64,000 bases of DNA, taken from assembly GCA_045837725.1 (NCBI GenBank), contig JBEWZL010000098.1:310001-374000 (forward strand), written 5' to 3'. The DNA comes from Vermamoeba vermiformis. Taxonomy: Eukaryota. The notes below the pieces were generated by a model. That model saw only the letters and a program-made list of their open reading frames with translations. It was not told the DNA's origin and did not search any database. This document shows, one piece after another, positions 26,373 through 38,500 of this stretch. Position numbers and translations under genes: made by a program. Numbering within the stretch: position 1 is the stretch's first letter; each line of letters starts with the position of its first letter.

Positions 26373-27756
26373 ATGGAGAAACAAGCACGCGCAACACTTC
26401 CACCCGAAATATGGTACCATATCCTCTCGTTCATTGGTGAGGCGGATCAATATTTACCGGATCAAAATGCCATCAATAATTTTTTCAGACGAGAAAATCT
26501 AAAATTAGTCAATCGATTATTTTACAAAGAGCTCGCGCCTCGTACTATAAAGGCGGAATTCCTGAATTTTTATAATGACGTTAGAATTTATAAAGGTAAT
26601 AATTTGATATATACTTGCACCGGAACTGACCTGCTATATAGAAAGCTTAGAATATCTACGAAAAAGAGGTTCGTTGTATTCTAAAATGCTTGAGAATTCC
26701 GGGGGAGTGTATGTTTGGTCCCGATCCAGAATTCAATTAACGATTTGCAAGCTAGATCGCAACAGGAGACGAAAGACAACACTTCAGTTTTCAACGTGAT
26801 TGCCCTTGGAATGTCGGGATGCGGAACAACGTCTTTGTTGGCCTCTTATGCAGTACGTCAACAATTTTCGATGACCGTTGAAATTCTAACGGAAGTCTTT
26901 ATCAGCGAGGACAGTACGAAGAACAACGCAGAGGAACGGTAGGCGGTGCAATTGTAAGGTCAATTTGGTCTTTTTGAAATGAAACTAATGTTGGTTCAAA
27001 TAGTACAATAAGCAATTAGTGGATCGCGACGGGTTCACGACACAATTAAACTTCGTAAGTATTGAAGAGTCTTATATATTATTATTGGCCTAACGAGATT
27101 TTAATCTAATGTAGTGGGACTTTGCTGGGGTAAGTAGATCTGCATGACACGTGTCAAAGTGACATTCAAATACGATATTATAATAATATCTGCCGTAGCA
27201 ATCGAGGTACCAGTACTTGTTAGTGAGTCAATATAAAGCAGCGCGCGCAGTGTTATTGTGTTTCAGTGTTGATGATCGGAAGAGTTTGCGGACACTCTTC
27301 GACTACTTTGTACCGGAAATGTGTAGAGCCTATCAGTGTCTTGCACCAGACGATCCTCAGCCCGTGTTATATTTAATAGGACTCAAATCTGACTTGCAAG
27401 ACCAGAGTCAAGTGTCAACTGACGAGGCGAAGGTAAAGTGTCAAAAAGTGTCAATATCAATTACCTTCGACGGACTATAATCTGGTATACAGATCATTGC
27501 ACGAGTACTGAAAATGAAGTACTTTGAGTGCTCTGCGAAATTATATCAAAATTTGAACGAGATGATGGAAGAGTTGAAAAACGACTTGCGAGGGCCTCTA
27601 AGGTACCATTTTACCTCCGCAATTAATTGTGGATTTTCTTCAGCTAACTATAACTTTCATAGAATGTCGTGCGTGGATGTGCCACCTCAATCAGTTGTCG
27701 TTGCCGGCTCCTATCCTCAGCTGGATCGAGGTTGTAGATTTTGCTTGATCCAATAA
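26373..27756 (+). CDS. F-box + Ras/Rab-like small GTPase domain + CaaX protein (copy 2)
   Basis: LPPEIWYHILSFI..LKLVNRLFY; GMSGCGTT; WDFAG|QSRY; IGLKSDL; YFECSAK; ends RFCLIQ*. Confidence 0.75.
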
Positions 27757-28301
27757 GTCTGCATTAAATGGTATTATCATATATTTCGTATTACTCTATT
27801 TCCAACTTCTCCTTGTTTCCCGTTGTGTTGTTTTTTTTTTTTTTAAAAATTAAGGCCCAAATAAAAAAAAAAAAAATTTTTTTTTTGGTGATAAAATGCC
27901 AATATTATGTTGCTAAACGTAATGGACAAAATAATTTTTTGATGATTCGATTTATTGGTCAATAGAAAAATATTTTGGATTGCTAGCAACTTACCAAACA
28001 ATTATAATAATCCGAAATTAGTTGAATAGCGATGCAAATAATTTTTTTAATTTACTTGTGGCTTGAGGTAGGATGAGCGGTGATTCAATAGTCCCACTAC
28101 TAGTAACTATTTTAAGGATCACCACAACACCTACGTAATGTCGGTTTAGACGCTCAGCTCGGTGGTCAATAAGGCGTGGTCAAGAAGCAGTCTCACCAGC
28201 CAGAAACGAGATTTCGAAAGCTCAAAATGAATTTTTTTTTTTGTGCCATTCTTCTTTACCACCCACACAACGCAAACACAACAGCCACTTACAACAATGA
28301 C

Positions 28302-29429
28302 ATGTCTTCTATCGGTCAAGCAGTAGTGATCGACAACGGCTCTGACACGATTAAAGCAGGTTTTGCCGGCCACGACGCACCTCGTTTTGTCTTTCCAACC
28401 GTCGTTGGTCGTCCTCGCCAAGCTAATGGAAGCACTTTAATTAATTCAACTTGTACTTATGTTGGTGACGAAGCTCAAAGGAGGCGTAGTTTATTGGCTT
28501 TGAAATATCCCATAGAGAATAGAATAATTACGAACTGGGACGATATGGAGCAGCTCTGGTACCACACATTCTACAACGAGCTGCGAGTAGCACCTGAAGA
28601 ACGTCCTGTCTTGCTCGCTGAAGGGTTTTGGGCCCCCAAAGCCCGCAAAGAGAAGATGACGCAGATTATGTTCGAGACGTTCAACACACCCGCCCTGTGC
28701 ATGGCCCTACAACCTGTATTGGCTCTCTTCAACTCTGGTCGTACGACTGGTGTTGTGTTGGACTGTGGTGAAGGTGTTTCGGAGGTTAGTCTTATCTATG
28801 AAGGTTACAGTTTGCCTCATTCGGCCCTGCGTTCTCCCTTGGCCGGTCGTGATTTGACAGACTACTTGATGAAGATCTTGGTTGAGCGTGGCTACTCTTT
28901 CAGCACTACTGCCGAACATGAAATCGTTCGTGACATCAAGGAGAAGCTGTGTTACGTTGCCCCAGACTTTGAACAAGACATGGCCATTGCAGCTGCGTCC
29001 TCGCAATTAGAGCGGCACTACGCACTGCCTGACGGTCAAGTGATCACGCTCAACAACGAGCGATTACGCTGTGCTGAAGCGTTGTTCCAACCTACATTTA
29101 TTGGCAGTGAAACAACTGGTGTCCACGAGATCATCTACAACGCAATCATGAAGAGTGACGTGGATATCCGCCGAGAGGTCTACAGCAACATTGTATTGAC
29201 TGGCGGCACAACGATGTTCCCTGGTTTTGCTGAGCGATTACAAAGAGAGCTGACAGCACTTGCTCCGGTCACAATGCCAGTTAATGTTATTGCACCTCCT
29301 GAGCGACAATACTCGGCGTGGATTGGAGGCTCGATACTCGCTTCGTTGCCTGAGTTCCAAGACGAGTGGATCTTGAACGAAGAGTACGCCGAATTTGGTC
29401 CCTCGATCATTCACAAAAAGTGCTTTTAA
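28302..29429 (+). CDS. act: Divergent actin paralog 1 (intronless, 375 aa)
   Basis: [67 protein letters not shown]. Confidence 0.95.
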   Translation: MSSIGQAVVIDNGSDTIKAGFAGHDAPRFVFPTVVGRPRQANGSTLINSTCTYVGDEAQRRRSLLALKYPIENRIITNWDDMEQLWYHTFYNELRVAPEERPVLLAEGFWAPKARKEKMTQIMFETFNTPALCMALQPVLALFNSGRTTGVVLDCGEGVSEVSLIYEGYSLPHSALRSPLAGRDLTDYLMKILVERGYSFSTTAEHEIVRDIKEKLCYVAPDFEQDMAIAAASSQLERHYALPDGQVITLNNERLRCAEALFQPTFIGSETTGVHEIIYNAIMKSDVDIRREVYSNIVLTGGTTMFPGFAERLQRELTALAPVTMPVNVIAPPERQYSAWIGGSILASLPEFQDEWILNEEYAEFGPSIIHKKCF

Positions 29430-30344
29430 GTCAAAGTCGCTGGCCATCTTAACGCAATGAGCCAATCGTTAACACAAGGCAACCAACTAAACAAGGACGA
29501 AATGACCTAAAAAAAGATGACATCAGTTAGTATACTCGTTCAATTAGCTTCTACAACCTAATATAATAGCTATCAACTGCGCCTACTTTTATGCGGCCCT
29601 TGTGGCAATAAACTTCTTACTCGTAATAGTAAATGCTCGTTCTAAGCACCAAAGCCAAATAATGTAACGCCCTGTTTTCTTAGAGCACAAACGACGTCTG
29701 TTGTAGTCACTGTCTTTCTTCGGCCAAGTTCTGTAAGCGAAGGTTATAAATGTTTTAGATCTATCAGCGGTGTTTACCAGTGCAAGTAACGGCGTTGCGA
29801 ATTAAGTTATCCATAAATATTCTCATTACGCAGCGTAATTCCTCGTAAATAAGGTTACTGAGGCGTTTAACGCCGGCTCTAGAAAGAAATCAGTTTATTA
29901 TTTTAATTTTAATAAATTAATTGTTTTAAACCGAACTAGGGTGCTAATAGAAAGTACAATTGTTTTAAATTGCTGCACAATTATTATTAATAATATTTTT
30001 TAAAATGGTAGAATTTAATTTACCTTCTAGCAAGGCGCTTGAAAGCAGGCTTAGTCACAAATGGTTCAATATGACCACGGAGCATCTTTGGGCGTCTTTT
30101 AACACCGCCTTTGCCAAGTGCTTTGCCTTCGAAGCTACGACTCGACATTTTACACTAAATAACTGGCGCACCCAAGGTGTCTATGCTAAAACACGTGACC
30201 GCAAGCGCGTAATCACCAATCAAAGTGAGATTCCGAGTTCGGGACGAAAGAAAGCTTATTTTTTGTTTTGGCAATTTCTCACTCAACAAACAACACAACA
30301 ACACAACGGCGTTTCACAACCAGACTCGCACAACAATAACAGCG

Positions 30345-31481
30345 ATGGCGTGTGCTACCGTTGGTCAAGCGGTAGTGATCGACAACGGCTCTGACACGAT
30401 CAAAGCAGGCGTTGCAGGTCACGACGCACCTCGTTTTGTCTTTCCAACCGTCATTGGTCGTCCTCGCCACGCCAATCTGTTTGGTCACAGTGGAACTCCC
30501 ATACTAAAAGACGCTTATGTTGGTGACGATGCTCAAAGGAAGCGAGGCTTGTTGACTCTGAGATATCCTGTAGAAAGAGGTGTAATTACGAACTGGGACG
30601 ATATGGAGCAGCTCTGGTACCACACATTCTACAACGAGCTGCGAGTAGCACCTGAAGAACGTCCTGTCTTGCTCGCTGAAGGGTCTTGGCTAACCAACGC
30701 GAACCGAGACAAGATGACGCAGATTATGTTCGAGACATTCAGCACTCCCTTGTTGTTTATCGCTAATCAAGCCGTCCTCGCTCTCTACAACTCTGGTCGC
30801 ACCAGTGGTCTCGTGGTGGACTGCGGCCATGGCACGACACATGTCACTCCTGTTTACGATGGTTATCCTATACCTGGCGCGATTATCAGCACAGATTTGG
30901 CAGGTTACACTTTGACTGATCGCTTAATGCACAAATTGACTCTTCGCGGCTACAGTGAGAAATCTGTCAATCGTGAAGTCGTTCGTGACATCAAGGAGAA
31001 ACTGTGTTACGTTGCCACAGACTTTCAACAAGACATGGGAAACGCAGCTGCGTCCTCGCAATTAGAGCGGCACTACACACTGCCTGACGGTCAAGTGATC
31101 ACACTCAACAACGAGCGATTTCTCTGTGTAGAACCGTTGTTTCAGCCCACTCTCTTGGGTACTGAGACACGAGCATTACATGAGATTGCTTACAATTCTC
31201 TCATGAAGAGTGACGTGGATATTCGCCGAGAGCTCTACAACAACATAGTCGTGACTGGCGGCACAACGATGTTCCCTGGCTTTGCTGAACGATTACAAAG
31301 AGAACTGACAGCACTTGCTCCAGTCACCATGCGAGTCAATGTTATTGCACCTCCTGAGCGACAATACTCGGCGTGGATTGGAGGCTCGATACTCGCTTCG
31401 TTGCCTGAGTTCCAAGACCAGTGGCTCACTGCGACCGAGTATGCCGAGTTTGGCTCCAGCATACATAAAAAGTGCATGTAA
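30345..31481 (+). CDS. act: Divergent actin paralog 2 (intronless, 378 aa)
   Basis: Same actin signatures; tandem duplicate of 28302-29429; ends HKKCM*. Confidence 0.95.
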   Translation: MACATVGQAVVIDNGSDTIKAGVAGHDAPRFVFPTVIGRPRHANLFGHSGTPILKDAYVGDDAQRKRGLLTLRYPVERGVITNWDDMEQLWYHTFYNELRVAPEERPVLLAEGSWLTNANRDKMTQIMFETFSTPLLFIANQAVLALYNSGRTSGLVVDCGHGTTHVTPVYDGYPIPGAIISTDLAGYTLTDRLMHKLTLRGYSEKSVNREVVRDIKEKLCYVATDFQQDMGNAAASSQLERHYTLPDGQVITLNNERFLCVEPLFQPTLLGTETRALHEIAYNSLMKSDVDIRRELYNNIVVTGGTTMFPGFAERLQRELTALAPVTMRVNVIAPPERQYSAWIGGSILASLPEFQDQWLTATEYAEFGSSIHKKCM

Positions 31482-31665
31482 GTCAAGGCATCTGGCCATC
31501 TTAACGCATGAGGCAATCGCCAGAAGAACGAGTGACTTTGTAAGGAAATCTTGGCCAAGATTATCCGATTTCAGCGCTTCGTTAACAACACAATGGTAGC
31601 AAATATGTAAAAAAAGCCTGTTGTACAATTTCTTTGCAGTTAGAAGGAGCATTGACGCAATCAGA

Positions 31666-32930
31666 ATGGCAAGTTCGGTAGTTTGATTACCGTGCGCACT
31701 CCAATAAATTTAATATTCAACAGAGAATCAAGAAAAATACATTGTTGCTATTAGTGGCTACAGTAGGAATTATTTGGATAATTTTTCAATTTTTGGTAGT
31801 CAGCAACAAGCCAGATGTTCCTGATCAGCGCAAACAGTTATCAACCTACAGCGATTTATTCTTTATATTAACAAAAAATACAGATAAAACGTGGCAAGAT
31901 ATTCAATTTTTATGCTCTGTCGAGGCTGCGTGTCAGATTCACCCTCAAAAATCAATCGTAATTTATTACCTCGATGATTTAGCCTCAGATCCGCATCAAA
32001 ACGATTTTTGGGCTCATATGTATGATTTTAATTAATTAACATGCTTAAACACGCTAATGAACGTTGTGTAGAATCGCGAAATGCTCCGTGTCATTCAGCA
32101 GACTTTGGCTCGACGAAGAAATTTCAGAAGTTGATGAAGAGATCGCTGATTGGTGGAAAAATAATCGCAACGACATGCAATATAATCACGTGAGCGATAT
32201 TTCCCGATTAGTGCTGTTGTACAAGCACGGCGGAGTGTACTTAGACACGGACTACGTGCCGATCCGGTCACTCACAGAGCTCCGCAATACACTAGGCAAG
32301 TCAATCACTCATAATTAACACGCGATCTAATTACTATATTAGGCTATCAAGGCCCTTCGTTGCGTTATCTCGGCGAGTAAGTAGTTGAAATGTTGAACTA
32401 ACGACTAGATCTGACACCTTGTTAGAAATTCAGGCAAAGAATTGAACGGAGCAGTGATGATCTTTGATAGGCACAACAAGTTTATTAAACAGTGTTTGAT
32501 GGCGTTAATGACTGCCTGGGATCAGCGGTTGAAGGATGACGCTCTCTGGTCGTCACTTGGCCCCAAGCTACTGACACACGTATACGACCAATACGTACGT
32601 CATCTAGTATTACTATAGTACTACTCGAGCACAACTAACTTGCAATATATCAAGAAATTTCCAGAATTAGTGGTGAAGGCACTGGATGTGCAATACTTCT
32701 ATCCAATGCACTACACCGAAACGAATTTTCTAGCTGATTGGCCTAAGAGTCGTAAAGCAATGCAATTGAAGCAAATACTCAATACTACGAGCTATGGCAT
32801 TCATTTCTGGCACGCTAAGTCCGCGGATTTGGATCCGAGCCCGGATACGCTTTATGGTGATTTGCTGAATACTCATTGCCCCGTGACATACCATCAGTGG
32901 CAGGCGAATCGAGAGAATAAGAAGAATTAA
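31666..32930 (+). CDS. GT32-family (alpha-1,4-glycosyltransferase-like, DxD) type II membrane glycosyltransferase
   Basis: MASS|RIKKNTLLLLVATVGII anchor; CSVEAAC; HVSDISRLVLLYKHGGVYLDTD; LGPKLLT; FYPMHY; YGIHFW; HCPVTY. Confidence 0.85.
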
Positions 32931-33027
32931 TGAATACATGAAGAAGCGAAGAAGCGATACGCCACGTCATTTCTTAAGAAAACTCGTTCAGTTCGCCATA
33001 GATCCGGTATTTTTCAAATCCCTTGCA

Positions 33028-33796
33028 ATGAAGAGCATATTTTATGCACTGGTATTCTATTTATTATTTCTATTCTGCTCTACACCTGGAGTTGGCTTGG
33101 CATTGCTTTACTCTCTTGCAGAACGGCTCAAGCTTCGAAGAGCAGCTCATAGATTAAATATCATATCGCATTATATTATATTTGCATTGCCCCTAAAGTT
33201 AATGCCGATTTGGAAAGTAGAACAGAAGAGCAGATCGGATTTGAATCGGAAGATTATCGTGGTATCAAATCATTTATCGTTGCTCGATGCACCATTAGTA
33301 GCTTCATTTTATCAAGTATGGTTATCGTATTATTATTGTTGGTAGATCCGGTCAAGACAAGATCCCGCTAGTTGGATGGAGCTTAAAACTTCTGGGCCAC
33401 CTCTTTATCGAATTCAAACCAGGCAACAAAGCAGTTGGAAATTCTGTTCGCTCTGCGATGGTTCAATTACATAATACCCTTGCGAATTCAGCACACGTGG
33501 CAGTAGTATTTTTTGGCACTGGTTTGTTTCAGAGCCCAGATGAAGATCCGCTTACGTACGAACTCAAGAATGGTCCTTTTAGTTTGGCGGAGACAGAGAA
33601 AATACCTATAATGCCTACGTGGCTGACCGGAGCCGATCAAGCAATGTCTCCGTCAGATCCGTTACGCGCACATCCAGCTTTGTTGTCGGTACAAACAGGC
33701 GAAGAAATTTCTTGGTTAAAATCCGTAGAAGAGATGAAACACGATTGTAAAGTGCAGCTGAGTCGTCTACGAGCCCAAACTAACAAAAATAAATAA
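33028..33796 (+). CDS. PlsC/LPAAT-like glycerolipid acyltransferase, frame discontinuity at about 33307-33361
   Basis: VVSNHLSLLD (HxxxxD); KIPLVGW..LGHLFI; KNGPFSLA....IPIMP. The two halves lie in different frames. Confidence 0.65.
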
Positions 33797-33882
33797 ATGG
33801 TTTATCTCTATTTACATTTAAGTTTTTTAATCCACGTGTGTGACCGTTATTTTTTCCTACCCTATTTACAACATCAGATCTT

Positions 33883-35074
33883 CTAATTCTTCTTAACAGA
33901 CTTGATCATATTATTTTCGATAAGCATCTCGGCGACCTTGTCGAGTTCAGGCCACACATCTCGGAACTTGATGCCTAACTGTGTTTGGATCTTACTCGTG
34001 TCGAAGTCAAATGTTCTGCCAATCATGTAATGCAAGAACTGATTCTGAGGGTCGTTTGATAGGCCCATAAAGAACCGCAGCATCTTCGTCATAATCTTGC
34101 CGCTCATGTCGCGTGTCGGGATCTTCGCCTTGGGATATTTTGGTCTGAAATGTTCCGCTAGATCTTTGACGGACACGGTGTGATTGGTGCAAATGTATCG
34201 CTGTCCCTTCGCTTCGGGCGTTTCTATAGCGAGCACGGGAGCGAGGGCCACATCGTTGACATCCACCAATGACAGGCCAAAGTTGATTAGGCCCGGGATC
34301 TTGCCGTCAAACAGCTGCGCGATAACTTCATTCGACGGATTTTCAAGACCTTGAACGCTTAATGGAGCGCCAGTGATACCACCAGGCTGTCAAAAATCAT
34401 TAGTTAGTATGGACTTGTTCTAATTGCGCTAAGGAGTGCTTACGAGAATGGTGACAAGTTCTGGACAGTTTGGATCTTGCGCGTGTTGTTCAACAAATTC
34501 CCACGCGGCACGTTCGGCCAAGACTTTGCTATAGTGATAGGCATTGCGTTTGAGCGAAGACAACGTGTTCCAATCTTCTTCGGTGTATCGTTTGACGGGC
34601 TGGTCAGTGATGGCATTGATCGATGAAGTAACCACGATGCGCGTCACGTGATGCTTCAGCGCAGCATTCATCGCACTCAGAGTGCCGTTAACAGCAGGAT
34701 CTACCATGTCACGCTAATGAGACAGTATTAGTAAGTTGTTTCATGAGCTCAAAGGATGAACCTACCTTTGGATCTTTGTACTTGAAAGTGAACGGGGAGG
34801 CATTATGTATGACGTATTTGCAGCCCTTGAATGCATCGTCAAAGCAATCTTCAACGTTCAAATCGGCCTCAACCAGCTCGAGTAATTTGTCTGCGCCCGG
34901 AAGTGCTTGGAGATGGTGCGTCTTCTTCGGATCTTTGGTCGATCGGACGGTGCCTCGCACGCGGTATCCACGCTCGAGAAGCTCTTTTACGATAAATGAT
35001 CCTAAAAATCCATTTGCACCAGTAACGCAGACCAAATCCTTCTCATCTGAAACTGAAATCTTTTCTCGGCTCAT
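33883..35074 (-). CDS. NAD(P)-dependent epimerase/dehydratase, dihydroflavonol-reductase/cinnamoyl-CoA-reductase/Gre2-like
   Basis: VCVTGANGFLGS; VRGTVRS; VIHNASP; VTSS; YHYSK (YxxxK); VDVNDVA; two introns. Confidence 0.9.
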
Positions 35075-35587
35075 TTGTGTCTTCGCTTGGTTGTAATATG
35101 TTGTGTTCGTAATGTTTGTAAATAATGACATCCTTGGCGGAGCTTTTTATGGCTAATAATTGTGCTCCGCTGCACCGCTCACGGAGAAACGGCCTTCCGA
35201 TCTCTTCGACACTTTTTTGGTATTGGACCGAACAAAAAAAATCTCTAGCGACATCACTACAATCAATTAACATCCACAATCGACAACCTCTAAGCATTCT
35301 TACTCCATGCTCTTCTAGATCGTATGGTAAAATATTAGTCCTACCGAATGTGAAGACGGTGCTTCATTCCCTATTTGGCTAATTCCCCGTAATCTGCGGA
35401 CGGTAAGAATTAAACGTTTTTTTTTTTTTAAAACTTCTACATACACTTCTCCTCCTTTACAATAATAAATGATGTTTTTTTTTTTATGTTGTCTCGTGCT
35501 GAACGCCAAAAGTTAATTTTGCACGCGTCGTATTTTAATTTAGTTTATTCGCGGATTTTATGATACAAAAATGCTCAAAATTATATA

Positions 35588-38500
35588 TTACATGATGTAC
35601 ATTGCCATGGCGATCAAATACAAAGCCCAAGACCAGCTCAAGTTGATCGCGGATGCAGTTTTCATTTCCTCGTTAGGTGTGGTTACAGGAGCCACACTCG
35701 GTGTAGTTACACCAGTCGTGTCTTGACGACTCAGATTGACGCTTGCTTCGATCTGCAGAGCTTGATCGTAGCCGTCGGGGTTTTCGTCTTGCAGGGCAAA
35801 GCGTTTGGCAGCTGGCTGTGTCTGAGTATTGACGTACTTGTAGCGCACTGAGAGCGTGCCTTGAGCGGCGAAAGGAGCAACGCCGTCAACGGGGATGGGA
35901 AGGTCTGAGGGCACTATGAAGGACAAGCTGACCCAGTTCGTGCCACGACGCTCGAAGCGGGTCACAGTTGAAGTGCCTCGAGCGGTCAAAGCGCCGGCAG
36001 TGACGAGGGTGTAGGGACCAAAAGTGAAGTCAGTGAAGTTTGCGGAGCTCAGTTCAGCAGCGTTATCAGTGACAGTGACATTGGCCAAGAAATAGACGCG
36101 TTGACCAGGCAAAAAGACGTTCTTTTTGATCGTGAGAGCTTCGTCTTCGTAAGGCTCCATGTAGGCAGTCAGACCGACATCGAGTGACACTTGCGAGCAA
36201 ATGTCTTCGGACACGATGTTCATGGCGATTTGAGCCTGGTTGGTCGTGGAGTCGAGCGGGCAGTTACCTTTGAGCGCTGGGTTACAAACCACGGTGAAGT
36301 TCACTTTGTACTGGCCATCGAGTTTGCAAGCTGTGTTGGGATTGATCACAAACTTGTACTTTTGCGTGCAAGCAGTGCCTATAATGCGTTGTTAAAGTCT
36401 ATTCGTAAATGTGGGATTTAGCTGCTTACCATTGACAGTACCGCAGTTTCGACCGCCGAGGAATTCGCTGACAGTCGCAGTAAGAGGGAACGGGGTTTGA
36501 ATCACAACAGGCAGATCAAGCATGAACGGCCATTGGAGCGAGGTCGTCAGCTCGATCACACCGTTCTGAACTGTGACTTGATAGGCTTGAAATGTGACTG
36601 CGGCGAGCAAGTTGACTGAAGAGTACACATCGATTGTGGTTGTGACGGTAGTACGTTTAGGGAATCTCACTTGCATTCTGAATACGTGCCTCGTGATTCT
36701 GATTTTTGTCGTTAGAAATGACACCGAGAAGCAGTTGTAATGCCGCACTTACCGATTCAAAACGTAGCCTCTAAAATCGCCCATAAAATCGTTGTGTTCA
36801 ACGGTCAAGAAGGTCTCGTAGATGTACCAATCAGGATCGTCAATCAGAGTGAAGCCGCATCTATTGCCGATGGACCAAGGCAACGAGCTTGACCACAAAT
36901 CCTCGCAGTTGTTAGTGAAGTCCTTGTTCCAGAAGAAGCCAGGATAGTCGCACATGGCATTGCCGCCTCTGTTGTTCATCCAGTAGATCACTGTGTGCGT
37001 GCGGTTGTAGACCAAAGGACCGCGGATACGAAGCTCCATCGCACTGCAGCTGAATCCGGAAGTTGGATCGAGGACGGGGATGTTGTCAGTGGCCAACAAC
37101 TGGACAGAGTTGAATCTGTTGTTGCACGAGCTGTCGATCTTAACGTTGCAGCTGTTGCCCATCCAGCCAGAAGCGCAGGCACAGAAGTCCTTAGGACCGT
37201 CCACTGAGTAGCGAACAACACACTTGCCGTTGACGCACGTGTTAGGGCTGCAAGTAGAAGCGTAGCGAAGGATCAGTTGAGGAGGATGTTCGCCTTCCTT
37301 TGAGTCGATCAAAGTCAAGTGCGTGATGTTGGTGGTCGAAGGAACAGTGCCAACATAAGGACATTGTCTGATCACCAAGTTCTCAATGGCTTGAGTGCTC
37401 ATGGAGAGATCTTGCAAGCTCAGCGGGATTTCAATGAACTCGTTTTGGAGATTAGTCGTGATGTCCAAGCGACCAAGCAGGACGTTGGCAGTCATGCCAG
37501 AAAGAGTGCTCTGTAATAAAAAGTCAATAAGACACTCGACAACAACATCGTTTCAGTGTGACATACGTAGGTCGCAGTCTTTTCGTCCCAAGCAGTGCTG
37601 TACAAGTTATCGCGGTAGACACGCAAGCACGTAGTTTGACCGTAGGGCAAGACCAATTGACGAACGTACAACTGCAAGCTAACCTCTGTTGCGAGTTTGT
37701 TAGTACTACAATCAATGTATGTATGTATGTGCATACCGCTCAAGTAGCCGAAGCTTTCTTGGATACAGTTCGAGTCCCATTGCATTACACCAAAGGCACA
37801 TCCACCAGGGTGAGTGCGAATGTATTGGTCGTTGGTGCGAGACTGCGATTGGTTCCAGCAGCCCATAACACCAATATCTTCACCAGGGATGCGGTACAAG
37901 ACACCAATAGTGTTGGTCGGCGAAGCAATGTACAGACGTTCAACGGACGAGGCGTTGAAAGGTGACAGTGGAGTAGAGCGCAAGTCACCAGGCATTGTGC
38001 TGTAAGTGGCTGTGACTTGACCCACACTGATCAAGGGCGTGTTGACATCGGCAATAACAAGAGCCTTGAAGCTAATGACAACGTCGGCAACGGCGAGCAC
38101 TGAGTAGTACGCTGTGATGGCAGTGGGGGTAATGCTGACGTTTGTAGGATTGCCAGTAATGTTGACGCTGTTCAAATCCAACGTGAAAGAGTTGACGATA
38201 GGATTGATGATCGTGACATCGTAGGCCAAGGACTCCATGTTCGTGTACTTGACCTTGATTGCCGCTGTGATGTTTTGACCAGGAGACACAACCAATGTGT
38301 TAACGTCACGAGAGACAGCCAATGCGGGCTCAATGACGTGAGCCAATGTCAAACTTTCGGCGTCATTGCCATCAGCCCACGCGACACTGCACAGCAGAAG
38401 TTAATTCCAGCCAATAAAACAGCGCAAGCCAACTTACACAGCAGTAGCAGCACGTTCAGCACCAGAACCGACAGACGGGAGATCCAGGACAATGACAGGG

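Noticed and set aside
27830-27890. Poly-T/poly-A runs that could pair as a hairpin or terminator
   Set aside because: Simple homopolymer tracts typical of AT-rich intergenic DNA.
28176-28301. N-terminal extensions of the actin ORFs (also 30225-30344)
   Set aside because: They start at GTG under bacterial rules; eukaryotic ATGs at 28302 and 30345 give normal actin lengths.
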